Part shown: positions 19,801 to 29,500 of the stretch, in pieces
How the letters are laid out: every line of letters begins with the position of its first letter
Position numbering within the stretch: position 1 is the stretch's first letter
Notes under the pieces: generated by a model
Seen by the model: the letters and a program-made list of their open reading frames with translations, nothing else
Databases searched by the model: none
What the model was told of the DNA's origin: nothing
Position numbers and translations under genes: made by a program
From: a virus
Lineage: Duplodnaviria > Caudoviricetes
Length of the DNA: 50,231 nucleotides
IMG/VR virus record: IMGVR_UViG_3300030376_004672
Coordinates: 1 to 50,231 of that record
Direction: 5' to 3' (one strand)

Positions 19801-21395
19801 CTAATGGTAATGTAACTCAGACGGGTGTTACTGCAGGTTTTATAAAAAGTACATTATATAATTGTTACACCTTTGGAAATGGTGCAGAAAGCTATAAAAT
19901 ATTAGATAGGTTAGGAGGTGCTGAGTTAGCACCGGGCAATAGGGTTGTAACGGTTTCTCAACAAGATTACAGGGAAATGCATAGATTTGCTGATTTAACA
20001 TATAGTGGTAGATTTAGTAATGAGTCAAATATAAACCGACTTAATGAGTTCAACTTAAGTATCTCTAATTTTAAAATCCTTGAAGATTCTTTCGGTTCTA
20101 TTCAAAAATTATTTGGTAGAGAAACCGATGTATTAGTATTACAAGAGGATAAGATTTCATATGTACTTGCAGGTAAAAATTTATTATCGGATTCAGCAGG
20201 TGGAGGTCAAATAACTTCTGTGCCTGAAATATTAGGTACGCAAATAGCTAGAATTGAAGAGTTTGGTATTAGTCATAATCCGGAAAGTTTTGTTTGTTAT
20301 GGAAGTGAAAAATATTTTACTGACGCAAAAAGAGGTGCAGTAATTTTATTATCAGGAGTAACTGCACAATCTGAACAACTTGCAGTAATATCTGAATTAG
20401 GTATGCGTGGATGGTTTAGAGATTTATTTATAGAGAGTTTTTCAACTCAAAAACTTGGTGGATACGACCCTTATATGAATGAATATGTGTTGTCTAATAA
20501 CTGTATTGAGTTACCTCAAATTCCACAAGTTGAAAATTGCGGTATACAATTGACATACAATAAGTTAAAAGCAGCAAATACACCAAGAAGTTTTACAGTT
20601 GAGCTTGGACAACCTTTAGGTGAGGTGACACTAACATATACTGTACCGATTTTAGCTGCAGGTTTAACATTTAAAATAGATGTGCTATACGCAGGAGTTA
20701 CTACTTCCACAGGTGATGTAACTGTAGGAGGTACTTTAACATTTGATAAAAATGATTTATCAATCAACACTTGTCTAATTACTCTAACAGTTAGTGATGT
20801 CGGGTCTACGGGGGGTCAAATAGATGGTCTAAACCTTGGGGTTAGTTGTCCATCACCCAACACAATAACAGTAAAAGCTATAGTTATTACTACAGACGCA
20901 AACGCAGGTTTAACGATTAGAAGGGGTTATAATTACACCGACAATAGTGTTTCTTATCCATCCAATATTGAACAGGTAATAATGACATCAGGCACTTCAA
21001 CTCCATTAGTATCTAGCTTTTATAGCATTACAGGGTATCAAGGAATTAATTCTATTCCTGTTAATGGTTCAACAGTAGAAATATTTTCTTTAAAGAAACC
21101 TGACGACACTTATACTTTTGACGTAACAAGTGATAGATTTGGGTATTTAAGAAGTGCAACAAATTATAATAATAATAGTACCGATTTAAATAATTTATTA
21201 ACAGCTATAACAAGTGCTAGTAATTGGTTGACTACCAACACATCACTAGCTCCGGGTAAATATTATGGGGATTTTACTATGGATGCCACTAGCAATGATT
21301 ATTTATATTTGGTATATGATTTAAGAACAACTACAAATGTAAGTTTGTGTTACTCAAACACTTCATTTAACGACGCATGTTGTGGGTGTTCATAA
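16824..21395 (+). CDS. Tail nozzle / 'stabilization' protein, N-terminal part (P22 gp10/T7 gp12 analogue)
   Basis: 1523 aa; starts F..GKMNK..DERLVPNGQY.DALN; LFFTDN.NPPR, FGIS.NPESF and YFTDAKRG.V motifs. Confidence 0.7.
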   Translation: MAKLQRNFVQGKMNKSVDERLVPNGQYIDALNVRLGSTEDSEIGSVENSKGNTQLTTLTFNGTNLSNQARCIGAYEDGANQTIYWFVHDPAYTVGAAGKIDMIVSYDAQVDTVTYHVITMDDATGNQTTILNFNPTYLIHSVNKIEDLLFFTDNYNPPRFINVKRNYPNPFGNIDQVSAESLLVLKKPPITSPSFNMYTASGENTFLEDKLLCFAYRYEYGDNDFSATSQWSKAAFIPKAFGISSAAYTNEGMENSRNGVEITFNTGGPLVKGVEVLFKNSGDDVIKVIDNFDKAEYGYTDNQDVTITFNSNQIFTVLPTDQIGRLFDNVPLKAVTQTMIGNRIIYGNYFEQYNMVDYAGSEVILDYSIALASEVVGQFALTETKISSDYTFDPTSGTQSIADSAVTIDFTDISLVQGGLLEIDIIFNHAQFTGSGGPTAQTTSINIGFGFNLVNNYPNALALATSTEFINAVGTSSTVSTIANACTGNTWTDTWNCDMPNNLDTYFAYNSGITPEAYPNVGPINIITDPANVNQFTLQFPAMAWSDCDAASCTPANIVYEYFKIGSVDAQYRELSETESLHSDFDYAVGIVYMDEFNRSSPALLAPEASLHVPCSASLFKNRIDVTIPTEMNPPVWAHRYKFVLKPTNTTYNTIYTNIFFNDPATSATYLLLEGENNEKVSEGQRLKVKADTNGALGRCAYATILEKKSQAAGFVKVPSALNPSTDIDAPAGTYAKVIADDFTVVTLNEDGTEASELAVIEEKNSTYTDSAGNSVYNALLVNTFDASSTNYVDYDVPQGSRINLYIKFERRGPGKGNGNCERRIYTLDLKLTSSSTYSNFAEWFNGDNIQEYLDGGDWVGGDTEAGNPPENIYDSTLLTTAFDRMPTSSEAQMTANSVTKNKYKFVRSSTDNGLWFCTTGTESCSGAFSKKKRRSSSEMSVIVFRAESTLIFESEPQEALPDVFFEGDQSYPIINPGLSNARHGGGTATQITNGNVTQTGVTAGFIKSTLYNCYTFGNGAESYKILDRLGGAELAPGNRVVTVSQQDYREMHRFADLTYSGRFSNESNINRLNEFNLSISNFKILEDSFGSIQKLFGRETDVLVLQEDKISYVLAGKNLLSDSAGGGQITSVPEILGTQIARIEEFGISHNPESFVCYGSEKYFTDAKRGAVILLSGVTAQSEQLAVISELGMRGWFRDLFIESFSTQKLGGYDPYMNEYVLSNNCIELPQIPQVENCGIQLTYNKLKAANTPRSFTVELGQPLGEVTLTYTVPILAAGLTFKIDVLYAGVTTSTGDVTVGGTLTFDKNDLSINTCLITLTVSDVGSTGGQIDGLNLGVSCPSPNTITVKAIVITTDANAGLTIRRGYNYTDNSVSYPSNIEQVIMTSGTSTPLVSSFYSITGYQGINSIPVNGSTVEIFSLKKPDDTYTFDVTSDRFGYLRSATNYNNNSTDLNNLLTAITSASNWLTTNTSLAPGKYYGDFTMDATSNDYLYLVYDLRTTTNVSLCYSNTSFNDACCGCS

Positions 21396-21405
21396 AATAA
21401 AATAA

Positions 21406-22362
21406 ATGGGATTAACAGTATCAAAATATTTAGACGGACCAACTTTTGCAACAGCAACTGCTGTGTATGATGATGCAACTTTAACAACAAAAGCTGCTGA
21501 TGGTTGGTATATGGAAAACAATAAATACCGAAGACAAAGTGCCGGAGTGCTTCAAGGACTTGTAGTTTGTCCAAGTTGTAATGAAACTTGTAGAACAAAT
21601 GGTCAAGCACCATTATCAGCAGGTGAGGGAACAATTGCAATAGACCAAGGAGCAGGGGTTTATTATGTTACTTTTCAAACAGGAACAGGAATAGGTACAT
21701 TGAGAACTTTTATTGATGATTTATCAACCAAAGCGTATGGTATACAGATTAGTCATAATAGCACACTTTATAATAAATGGTCAGATGTAGATAACGGCTA
21801 TCAATCTCCTGCAAGTGGATTAAATGCTATATGGTTAGGAGATTCATCTATAGGACCTACTGCAGGAACAGCGTACACAAGCCAACCAACATTTACTTGG
21901 GATGGAGCTGCATGGGTTTCAGGTAGCACAGTAGGTTATAGTGTTAATAGTGCCGGAACTAATTATACAGCAAATCCGGGGATTACTATGGCGGCTGTGC
22001 CAAAAACATTTTCTAGCAACACTACATTAACTCTGACAATATTTAGACCTCCGATAGTAGGGATGGGAGATACTAATGTAGGGCTTATGTGTCCTGACTT
22101 ACTACCTGCTATACCATATAATACTACTATATTTGCAAATGCAGTTGATGCATGTAATGCAACAGGAACAACGGGGTCTTTTTATTCCGCAGGTTTTGGT
22201 TCATCAAATGCTTTAGCACAATTAAATGGATTTGCATTTACAAATTATTATGGAACTACAGCACTTAGTGCAGGTTATTATAAAATTAGTAGTGGAGGTA
22301 ATGGGTATATGCAAGTATCTAGTAACGGAACAATTATAGCTATAGGTAGTTGTCCTCCTTAA
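21406..22362 (+). CDS. Tail-associated beta-rich protein
   Basis: 318 aa, G/T/S-rich with Cys-bounded N- and C-terminal modules. Confidence 0.6.
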   Translation: MGLTVSKYLDGPTFATATAVYDDATLTTKAADGWYMENNKYRRQSAGVLQGLVVCPSCNETCRTNGQAPLSAGEGTIAIDQGAGVYYVTFQTGTGIGTLRTFIDDLSTKAYGIQISHNSTLYNKWSDVDNGYQSPASGLNAIWLGDSSIGPTAGTAYTSQPTFTWDGAAWVSGSTVGYSVNSAGTNYTANPGITMAAVPKTFSSNTTLTLTIFRPPIVGMGDTNVGLMCPDLLPAIPYNTTIFANAVDACNATGTTGSFYSAGFGSSNALAQLNGFAFTNYYGTTALSAGYYKISSGGNGYMQVSSNGTIIAIGSCPP

Positions 22363-22372
22363 AATTAAAAAT

Positions 22373-23206
22373 ATGAGTTGTCAAAATTACACATTAAGTT
22401 ATAGTAGTGGAGTTCAAGGATTTCCATCCTTCTACTCTTATCACCCTGATTATATGATTGGAATGAATAATTATTTTTATTCCTTTAATCAAGGAAATAT
22501 ATATAGGCATAATTCCAATACTGTGAGAAATCAGTATTATGGTACAAATTATAGCTCTACAATAACAAATGTTTTTAATGATAATCCATTAGAGAGTAAG
22601 CTGTTTAAAACTATATGTTTAGAATCAGATTCCCCTTGGGATGTAGATTTTATAAGTGATGTTCAAACCACAGGTTTTATTGCGGATGAATCTTTTGTGA
22701 AAAAAGAAGGTGCGTATTTTTCGTATTTAAGAACTGAAGGTGCTACAACAGGTTCAGGTACGCCGATAGATTCTAAACAATATCCTTTACGTTCTATTCA
22801 GGGAATTATGAATAGTGCAGCACGAGGAGGTACGGTAGGGAATCCAATAGTACAATTTGATATAGGAGTTAATGCTAATATGGCAACATATATTAATCCA
22901 CAAATTGTAGTAAATGACTATTTGTATTGGAGTGATGTAACTCAAGCAAATCCTGAACTTACTTACGCAGGGCAAATACAATCTATTTCATATTCAGCTA
23001 TAAATGGTATAGTTTCAATATTAATAGACGCTGCAGGAGCTGCGGTTATTCCTGCAGGAACTCTGTATTTTGCAGCTGTTAAAAACCAAATTGCAGAATC
23101 TTATGGTATCTTAGGACATTATGGCAGGTTTAAGTTAACTAACAATACAACACAAGCTACAGAACTATTTGCAGTTCAGTCAGATGTTATGAAAAGTTAT
23201 CCTTAA
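22373..23206 (+). CDS. Tail protein resembling the C-terminal part of the nozzle protein
   Basis: TLSYS..V.GFPSFYSY, RN.YYG, KLFKTI.LES and FVKKEG motifs. Confidence 0.55.
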   Translation: MSCQNYTLSYSSGVQGFPSFYSYHPDYMIGMNNYFYSFNQGNIYRHNSNTVRNQYYGTNYSSTITNVFNDNPLESKLFKTICLESDSPWDVDFISDVQTTGFIADESFVKKEGAYFSYLRTEGATTGSGTPIDSKQYPLRSIQGIMNSAARGGTVGNPIVQFDIGVNANMATYINPQIVVNDYLYWSDVTQANPELTYAGQIQSISYSAINGIVSILIDAAGAAVIPAGTLYFAAVKNQIAESYGILGHYGRFKLTNNTTQATELFAVQSDVMKSYP

Positions 23207-23212
23207 AATTAG

Positions 23213-23220
23213 TATCTTTG
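23213..23220 (+). promoter_or_regulatory. -7 element TATCTTTG upstream of the ejection-protein operon
   Basis: Intergenic TAnnTTTG 6 nt before ATG 23227 (near-leaderless if used). Confidence 0.5.
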
Positions 23221-23226
23221 TGCTAA

Positions 23227-23637
23227 ATGAAATTTAATATTAGGGTACTTAAAGAAAACGACTATAATGATATCCTAGTTCCTTGGTGGAAAGATTGGGG
23301 TTGGACACCTCCGGTAAAAGATTTTTTACCACTAAACGGGCTTGGTGGTATCATGATAGAATGGCAGGGAACTCCGGTTTGTGCGGGTTTTGTAATTCAA
23401 TCAGACACTAAGGTTGCTTGGGTCGATTGGATTGTATCTAGTAAAACATTTAGAGAAAAGCCACATAGAAGGGATGCACTCCATTTGTTGATACAAACAT
23501 TAACCGATGTAGCAAGAGAAAGAGGAAATAAATATGTTTATGCATTAATTAAAAACTCCCCTTTAGTTGATGTTTATCTTAACAACGGATATGTGAAGGG
23601 AGATAATTATAATTTTGAAATGATAAAAGCAATATAA
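23227..23637 (+). CDS. GNAT-fold acetyltransferase-like protein
   Basis: 136 aa; FNIR.L...DY, PVCAGF, W.DWIVS, L...Y...GY pattern; position analogous to podovirus gp13-like genes. Confidence 0.6.
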   Translation: MKFNIRVLKENDYNDILVPWWKDWGWTPPVKDFLPLNGLGGIMIEWQGTPVCAGFVIQSDTKVAWVDWIVSSKTFREKPHRRDALHLLIQTLTDVARERGNKYVYALIKNSPLVDVYLNNGYVKGDNYNFEMIKAI

Positions 23638-23638
23638 T

Positions 23639-24616
23639 ATGGCAGCATTTTCAGTAATAGCAGCGGCTGCGGCGTTAGCAATATCGGCAGGTACAACAGT
23701 AGCTTCAGGAGTACAAGCGGGTCGTGCAAGAAAAGACATGGCGGCAGCTGAAGACCGAGCTCAAATGTTTATGGATGAAGCAAGAGGAAAATTAGATATA
23801 AACTCATATGATGAACTATCGTTGCGTACCGAAGTATTTGATAAGCAAAGAGACCAATTAGCTGCTCTTGGCTCAAACATAGTATCAGCTGTTAGTCAAA
23901 GCGATAGACCAATGGCATCTATACAAAACGTTGTAAGTGCGGTAATGGATTCAGAATCCAAAATTACAGATAAAGAAGTAAAAGAATTACAAGATTTAGA
24001 TTTAGTACAGGCAGAAGAAGAATCAAGACTAAAGGATATTGGTGTTCAATTAGATTTAGGAGAAGTAGCAGGTGCACAAAAAGAAGCTGCAGACGCAAAA
24101 GCTGCTGCCGCACAATATAAAAAGGATTTTGCGAGTGGCTTGGCAAGTACAGTTATGCAAGGAGTACAATTAGGTGTTCCATTATTTCAGAAGTCGGCAC
24201 AGATGAAAGGAATTGAAAATTTTTCATTTAATGATATGACAGGTGCAGAAGCATTAAAAGGTAAACTAACAGATAGTGAATTTTTAAAAGGATTGGGTGA
24301 GGGTAAAGGTTTTGCAGGTTTGACTAGAGAGGATTTAACAAGTTTAGCAGGTAAATCAGGTGAAGAATTAACAGGGTTCTTAAGAAACAAACTGTCAGCC
24401 GGAAACATAAAATATTTATCAGACCCATCTAAAGGAAATGTAAATCCTTTTGTACCACAGACAATACATACAACTAACAAAACTTTGTCAGAACTTAGCA
24501 TGAATCCTTACACTATGGGAACAGGTGCAGGAACTCAAGATTTAAATGCTCTCGCTACTGCATTAGGAGTGCCGCTAGAAGCTCTTAAAGCATTAATCAC
24601 AAATCAAAAAGGATAA
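23639..24616 (+). CDS. Internal virion (ejection) protein 1
   Basis: Ala-rich hydrophobic N-terminus plus coiled coil; first of three genes of increasing size. Confidence 0.6.
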   Translation: MAAFSVIAAAAALAISAGTTVASGVQAGRARKDMAAAEDRAQMFMDEARGKLDINSYDELSLRTEVFDKQRDQLAALGSNIVSAVSQSDRPMASIQNVVSAVMDSESKITDKEVKELQDLDLVQAEEESRLKDIGVQLDLGEVAGAQKEAADAKAAAAQYKKDFASGLASTVMQGVQLGVPLFQKSAQMKGIENFSFNDMTGAEALKGKLTDSEFLKGLGEGKGFAGLTREDLTSLAGKSGEELTGFLRNKLSAGNIKYLSDPSKGNVNPFVPQTIHTTNKTLSELSMNPYTMGTGAGTQDLNALATALGVPLEALKALITNQKG

Positions 24617-24619
24617 TAT

Positions 24620-26536
24620 ATGGCAACGAGTTTTGGATATGTAAGAGAAGACAGGGAAGATAGAGTCAATTGGGCACAAATTGGGAAGGATGCAAGTCAA
24701 GCAATTTTAGATGAAAGACAACGTAGAATTGACGAGAAGGAAAGAATAAGAGTAGAGTCAAAGGAATTTAACGACGAGCTCTATGATGCTATTCCATCTG
24801 ACAATAATCTAATTAGAACTCAAGCGTTAGACATGGCTAATCTTATGTCTCAAGAAAGACTTCAACAAGATAGAGACTTACAAGATGGTATTCTTTCTGT
24901 AAGAGACTATACAATACAAAGACAAAACTTATACACTACGGCTGAAATGGCAGGAGATATAAATTCTAAAAAAGCCGAAGCATATAAAAGCTACATTACC
25001 GCAGTTAATAATGGAACTTTATCACCTGAAAGTTCTGCGGTAAAAGCATATTACGAACAATTTACTGCTTTAGATAAATACGGTTTACAATTAGACCCTT
25101 CAGGAAATGGTTATTTTACTCCTAAATTATTTGATGATAATGGTGTAGTGACAGGATTTTCTGATAACCCAAAAGATTTTGTAGGCATGAAAGGATACCA
25201 ATCTAATTTGTTTGCATTAAAACCTGCTGTTGATTTAGAATCAGATAAAGGTATAGTAAATACAGTAATAGGAGCTGCAGCTGAAACATGGAAGATTGCG
25301 GGGGGTGGTTTTAAAACTGTAGCGGATGCATTTCAGAACCCTGCTTTTCAAGAAGAATTAGAAAATATTATAAAAGCACAACTTGTAAATCCTGATGTAA
25401 CATCAGCTATTGCCGGTAAATATTTAAGTCAATACGAATACGAGTTTTTAAAAGGTGGCGAAACATCTAAAAAAGGAAACGTAATACCATTGCGTATAAA
25501 TCCTTCAAGTGGGATGTGGGAGTTTGATGCAGATAGTGAGCAAGGTAAAGTAGTTACAGGAGAGGTAGTTGAAATGATAAAAACTAGAGTAAGAGCAGGA
25601 ATGGGTAGAGATGAAACTCCATATACTGCATCTGAAATAAAAACATATAGAGGTAATCAAGATGTAAAAACAGATAGAGAAGAAACTGCTAAACAATTAT
25701 TTGCATTGCAACAAGGTACTGCCGATGAAGTAAAAGCAGCTGTTAGATTCTTTGAGGGCAATAATAAGATTACAAACTTCACTATTGCAGATAATGGTGC
25801 ATCGTTTACTTATGACGTTACTGATAGTGAAGGTAATACATTCCAAAGAGAAATTGATAGAAGTGTAAATCCTGATTTATTCTTTACACAAGTAGGAGAG
25901 AAGTTTAGTGAATTTAGCTTAGGTGATTTGAAAGGTACAAAGTTCTTTAAGAACAACCAAAACAATACAGTAGCTGATGCTTCTAATCCTGATAATCAAC
26001 TAAACTATAGTAACCTAAGTGATGAAATAGTGTTTGAAGCTCTAGATGTAACACCTCTTGATAGAAGTAAAGTCAAAAGTATACTAACAGATACTTACAA
26101 TAAGGATGGTGAAATTAAATCGGTGAAAGAAAGATTCAAAACAAACTTTAGTGATGTTGGTCTTGAAGAAGCATTAAATATAGAATTAACTTCCTCGAAT
26201 GTAAACAACGCACAAGTTGTAGGTGAAGATGGTGAGTATGCTGTAATAAATATACCAAATGTAACTGCAGGACCTGTATTAATAAAAAACAATGACGAAG
26301 AGAGTTTAATTAAAGCGATTGCTAAAATACAAAATGCAGCTAAACAAGGCGGCACAGTTAGCAACCAAGACATGATAAAACTATTTGGCATAAAACTTAA
26401 CACAGGAAAAGTATTTTACGAAACAATTACAGGAGCTGACACTCAAGCTGTAGAAGATGCCTTTAGTGCAAATGCAAATGCCGGTTCAGGGTCAGGTTCA
26501 AGCTCAGGTGTTAATGGCTCAGATTTTAATAAGTAA
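24620..26536 (+). CDS. Internal virion (ejection) protein 2
   Basis: 638 aa, helical; position in the ejection cluster. Confidence 0.55.
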   Translation: MATSFGYVREDREDRVNWAQIGKDASQAILDERQRRIDEKERIRVESKEFNDELYDAIPSDNNLIRTQALDMANLMSQERLQQDRDLQDGILSVRDYTIQRQNLYTTAEMAGDINSKKAEAYKSYITAVNNGTLSPESSAVKAYYEQFTALDKYGLQLDPSGNGYFTPKLFDDNGVVTGFSDNPKDFVGMKGYQSNLFALKPAVDLESDKGIVNTVIGAAAETWKIAGGGFKTVADAFQNPAFQEELENIIKAQLVNPDVTSAIAGKYLSQYEYEFLKGGETSKKGNVIPLRINPSSGMWEFDADSEQGKVVTGEVVEMIKTRVRAGMGRDETPYTASEIKTYRGNQDVKTDREETAKQLFALQQGTADEVKAAVRFFEGNNKITNFTIADNGASFTYDVTDSEGNTFQREIDRSVNPDLFFTQVGEKFSEFSLGDLKGTKFFKNNQNNTVADASNPDNQLNYSNLSDEIVFEALDVTPLDRSKVKSILTDTYNKDGEIKSVKERFKTNFSDVGLEEALNIELTSSNVNNAQVVGEDGEYAVINIPNVTAGPVLIKNNDEESLIKAIAKIQNAAKQGGTVSNQDMIKLFGIKLNTGKVFYETITGADTQAVEDAFSANANAGSGSGSSSGVNGSDFNK

Positions 26537-26538
26537 AT

Positions 26539-29500
26539 ATGAACGAAAAAGCATTTAAACAGTTATACGAGGAGTTTGTTAACACCGGATATAAAGGTGA
26601 TAGAACAGAGTTTATAGAACTTTTATCTACAAACACCGATGCTTTTATGCAAGGTTTTAATGCCTTCACATCAACCGGTTATAACGGTGATGAAGATGCA
26701 TTCGCTGAATTAATAGGGGTTACATCTCCTCTAAAAAAAAAAGACGAACCTCAAGAAAGTGGCGAATCAGTTGTGGAAGATGGTCAATTACTCTCCGATA
26801 CTCCTGATAAAAAAACTGCAATCACAGATAGAGATATTCCTCAAATGCTTGAGAGAATTGAAGCTACAGTTAATGGACAACCATTATGGGAAGTAGTAGG
26901 TGCTAGGTCTGCCGAAGAATTAAGAGAAGCTATAAACATAAATACAGACTACGAACAAAGAGTTGATGCTGACGCTATGCCGCCGGAGGTTCAAGATGAC
27001 CCTGCATTGATGGCAGAATATATAAAAAACTTCCCTGCACCAACCGAAAGACAAATGGAACTCTATGCAGAATTTTCAGGAGGTAACTATGATGAAATCT
27101 TATATAACTTTGATGAAGAAGAAGGAACAGGGGATGTAATTCCTGTAGACCTACCTGAAGTAGCTGTCGAAAAAGAAGCAAAGAAAAGAACGAAAGAAGA
27201 AGTTATAGAACAAAAGGATGAGCTACTACTAGATATGGTAGGGGAAAGTAATCAGACACCACAGGATGTAATAGATAAGGTTGATAATATAGATAAAGAA
27301 GCAAGAGCTAAAGTTACAGAACAAGTAGGTGTAGATTTAAGCAATGCTTCATATTATAATGAAGATGGCACAGTTAATTTAGATAAAGTAAATTTTGAAA
27401 GACAAGTTGAAATTGCTAAAGAAGAAATAGACCCTAACTTTGATGAGTTTGAAGAAGGGGTGACTGCAAGACAAAGACAATTACGAAACCAAAGAATAAA
27501 AGCTACTAAGAAACTTCAAGAAGAATTTGAAAAAGTAGAATCAAGAGATGATTTAAGTGTTGAGGATTTAACATTATTAAATAATATGTTAAATGAAGAC
27601 CTTCCATTGATTACAGGTGAACTGATAGCTAATGATGACAATGAACAAACCATAGATTTTTTAAATGAAAAGTTTGGAAAATATAATTTAGTTTTTACTC
27701 CAACATCCTTCGGTGGCATGAGAGTTACTAGAGCAGATGGTAAAGCTGATATAGATATTAATATAGACCCTAGTATAGGGTCTACCGAAAAAGAGAAACA
27801 AGCATTGGCTAATTTCATTACATTAAATGCTGATGTTCCTGATGTAGAGCTGATGGATGTAGAAGGTTACCAACAAAAAGCTAAAAGAGCTCAGGACATG
27901 AGAAGAGGAGCTAAAAACGGCATTGATGGATATGAAATGGTAGTGAGTGAAAAGGACGGAGAGTTCTTGGTACACCCTACATTGTTTCCAAAAAACTATG
28001 ATGACCAATCTAGCTTTCCAAGTTCATGGGAAAAACTTGACAATGACGATGCATATATTTTTGCACTACAACAAAACGAAGTGTTCAAGTTTAAATCTAA
28101 AAAAGATGCAGAAAAATTTATATTAGATTTCCAAGGTGTGTCTACTCTTGACGGTGAAGCTGATGCATTTTATAGAGAGAGAGGTTTAGATTATACCGCA
28201 GTCAAAGCTGCTATGGATGAGTATGAGCAAGTTCGTGATGAGATTATATTTATTGAAGAATTATATTTTAATACTGTACAAGAATATCAAGGTCCGGGAG
28301 TTGGACCTTTTGGAATGGTTTCACAGAATAGTAAACTTATACCTGAAAATTTAAGAGACCCAAGTACAGAAGATGTAGTTACACCACAAGTGAGAGAACT
28401 AAAAGATTTAACTCTTGCTGACCAAAAAAGATTTGGTCACCTTTTTATTAATGGTTTACCTGTAGCAGAGCTACAAGACCGTCTACCGGAATTATATAGA
28501 CGTAGAGATATTTTATTCGATGCCAACTTTAGTGATGACATTACAAAAGCTAGAGAAGATTTTGATGTTTACTTAAGAAAGCAATACGATGAAAGAAGTA
28601 AAAAAAGTTTAGACAATAACAACAAGGTTAAAGAAGCATATGAGAACCTTGAAAAAGAATCTTTGTTAGAGTTCCAAGTAAAACTCGAAGATTTACCTGA
28701 GTATGTTCGTGGAAATTTAGAGAAGCTAGAACCTTTTCAGGTTAACATGGCAAGTAAAATTTACGGAGATTATTTAATGTTGCAGAACGAACAACAAGTA
28801 TTGAGAGTTGAATATGATTTAGCTTCCAATTATTTCAATGCAATGGAAAATAAAAATGTAAAAGGCGAATATATTGATAATCTTGGTGGATGGAAGAATG
28901 AGTTCTTTAAAGGGTTAGAACAAGGAAATGCATTGAATGCTATTCTTCAATACTCAATGGGTGTTGATATGTTTGATTATTGGTCAGATACTGTTGACCC
29001 TGATGATACTATGTCAGTAGCATTAGCTATTGTATCAAGTGCACAAGCTAAAGCTGAAATGGGTGATAGCAGGACAATGTTAGCTTGGAATGATTCAAAA
29101 ACAGCTCAAGAATCTTGGGAAGTATTTTTAGATAATCCTTTTGAATGGGCAATGCAATTGTCAGCAAATAGTGTAGGGCAAATGTTGGAGTTTGGCTCAC
29201 AAATTATACCTGCTGCAGGAGCGACAGGATTGGGTGCAGGAGCAGTAGCAGGACCGGGAGGAGCTTGGGTTGGAGCAGGTTATGGTTTAAGAACAGGTTA
29301 TGCAGCTACAGGATATGCGGTTGAATATACTAATTCAATCTTTGAAGCAATAAGTGAAGCCGGATATGACGTAATGAATCCATATTCTGTAGAGTTAGCT
29401 CTTCAAGATGAAGCCATGTGGAAAGCTGCAGCAGCTAGAGGTAATCAAAGAGGTATACCAATTTCAGTTGTAAACTATTTTACTGCAGGTTTAGCAGGTA

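Noticed and set aside
27435-27442. Internal TAACTTTG promoter-like box
   Set aside because: Lies mid-gene with no adjacent start; probably chance, which also tempers confidence in -7-only calls.
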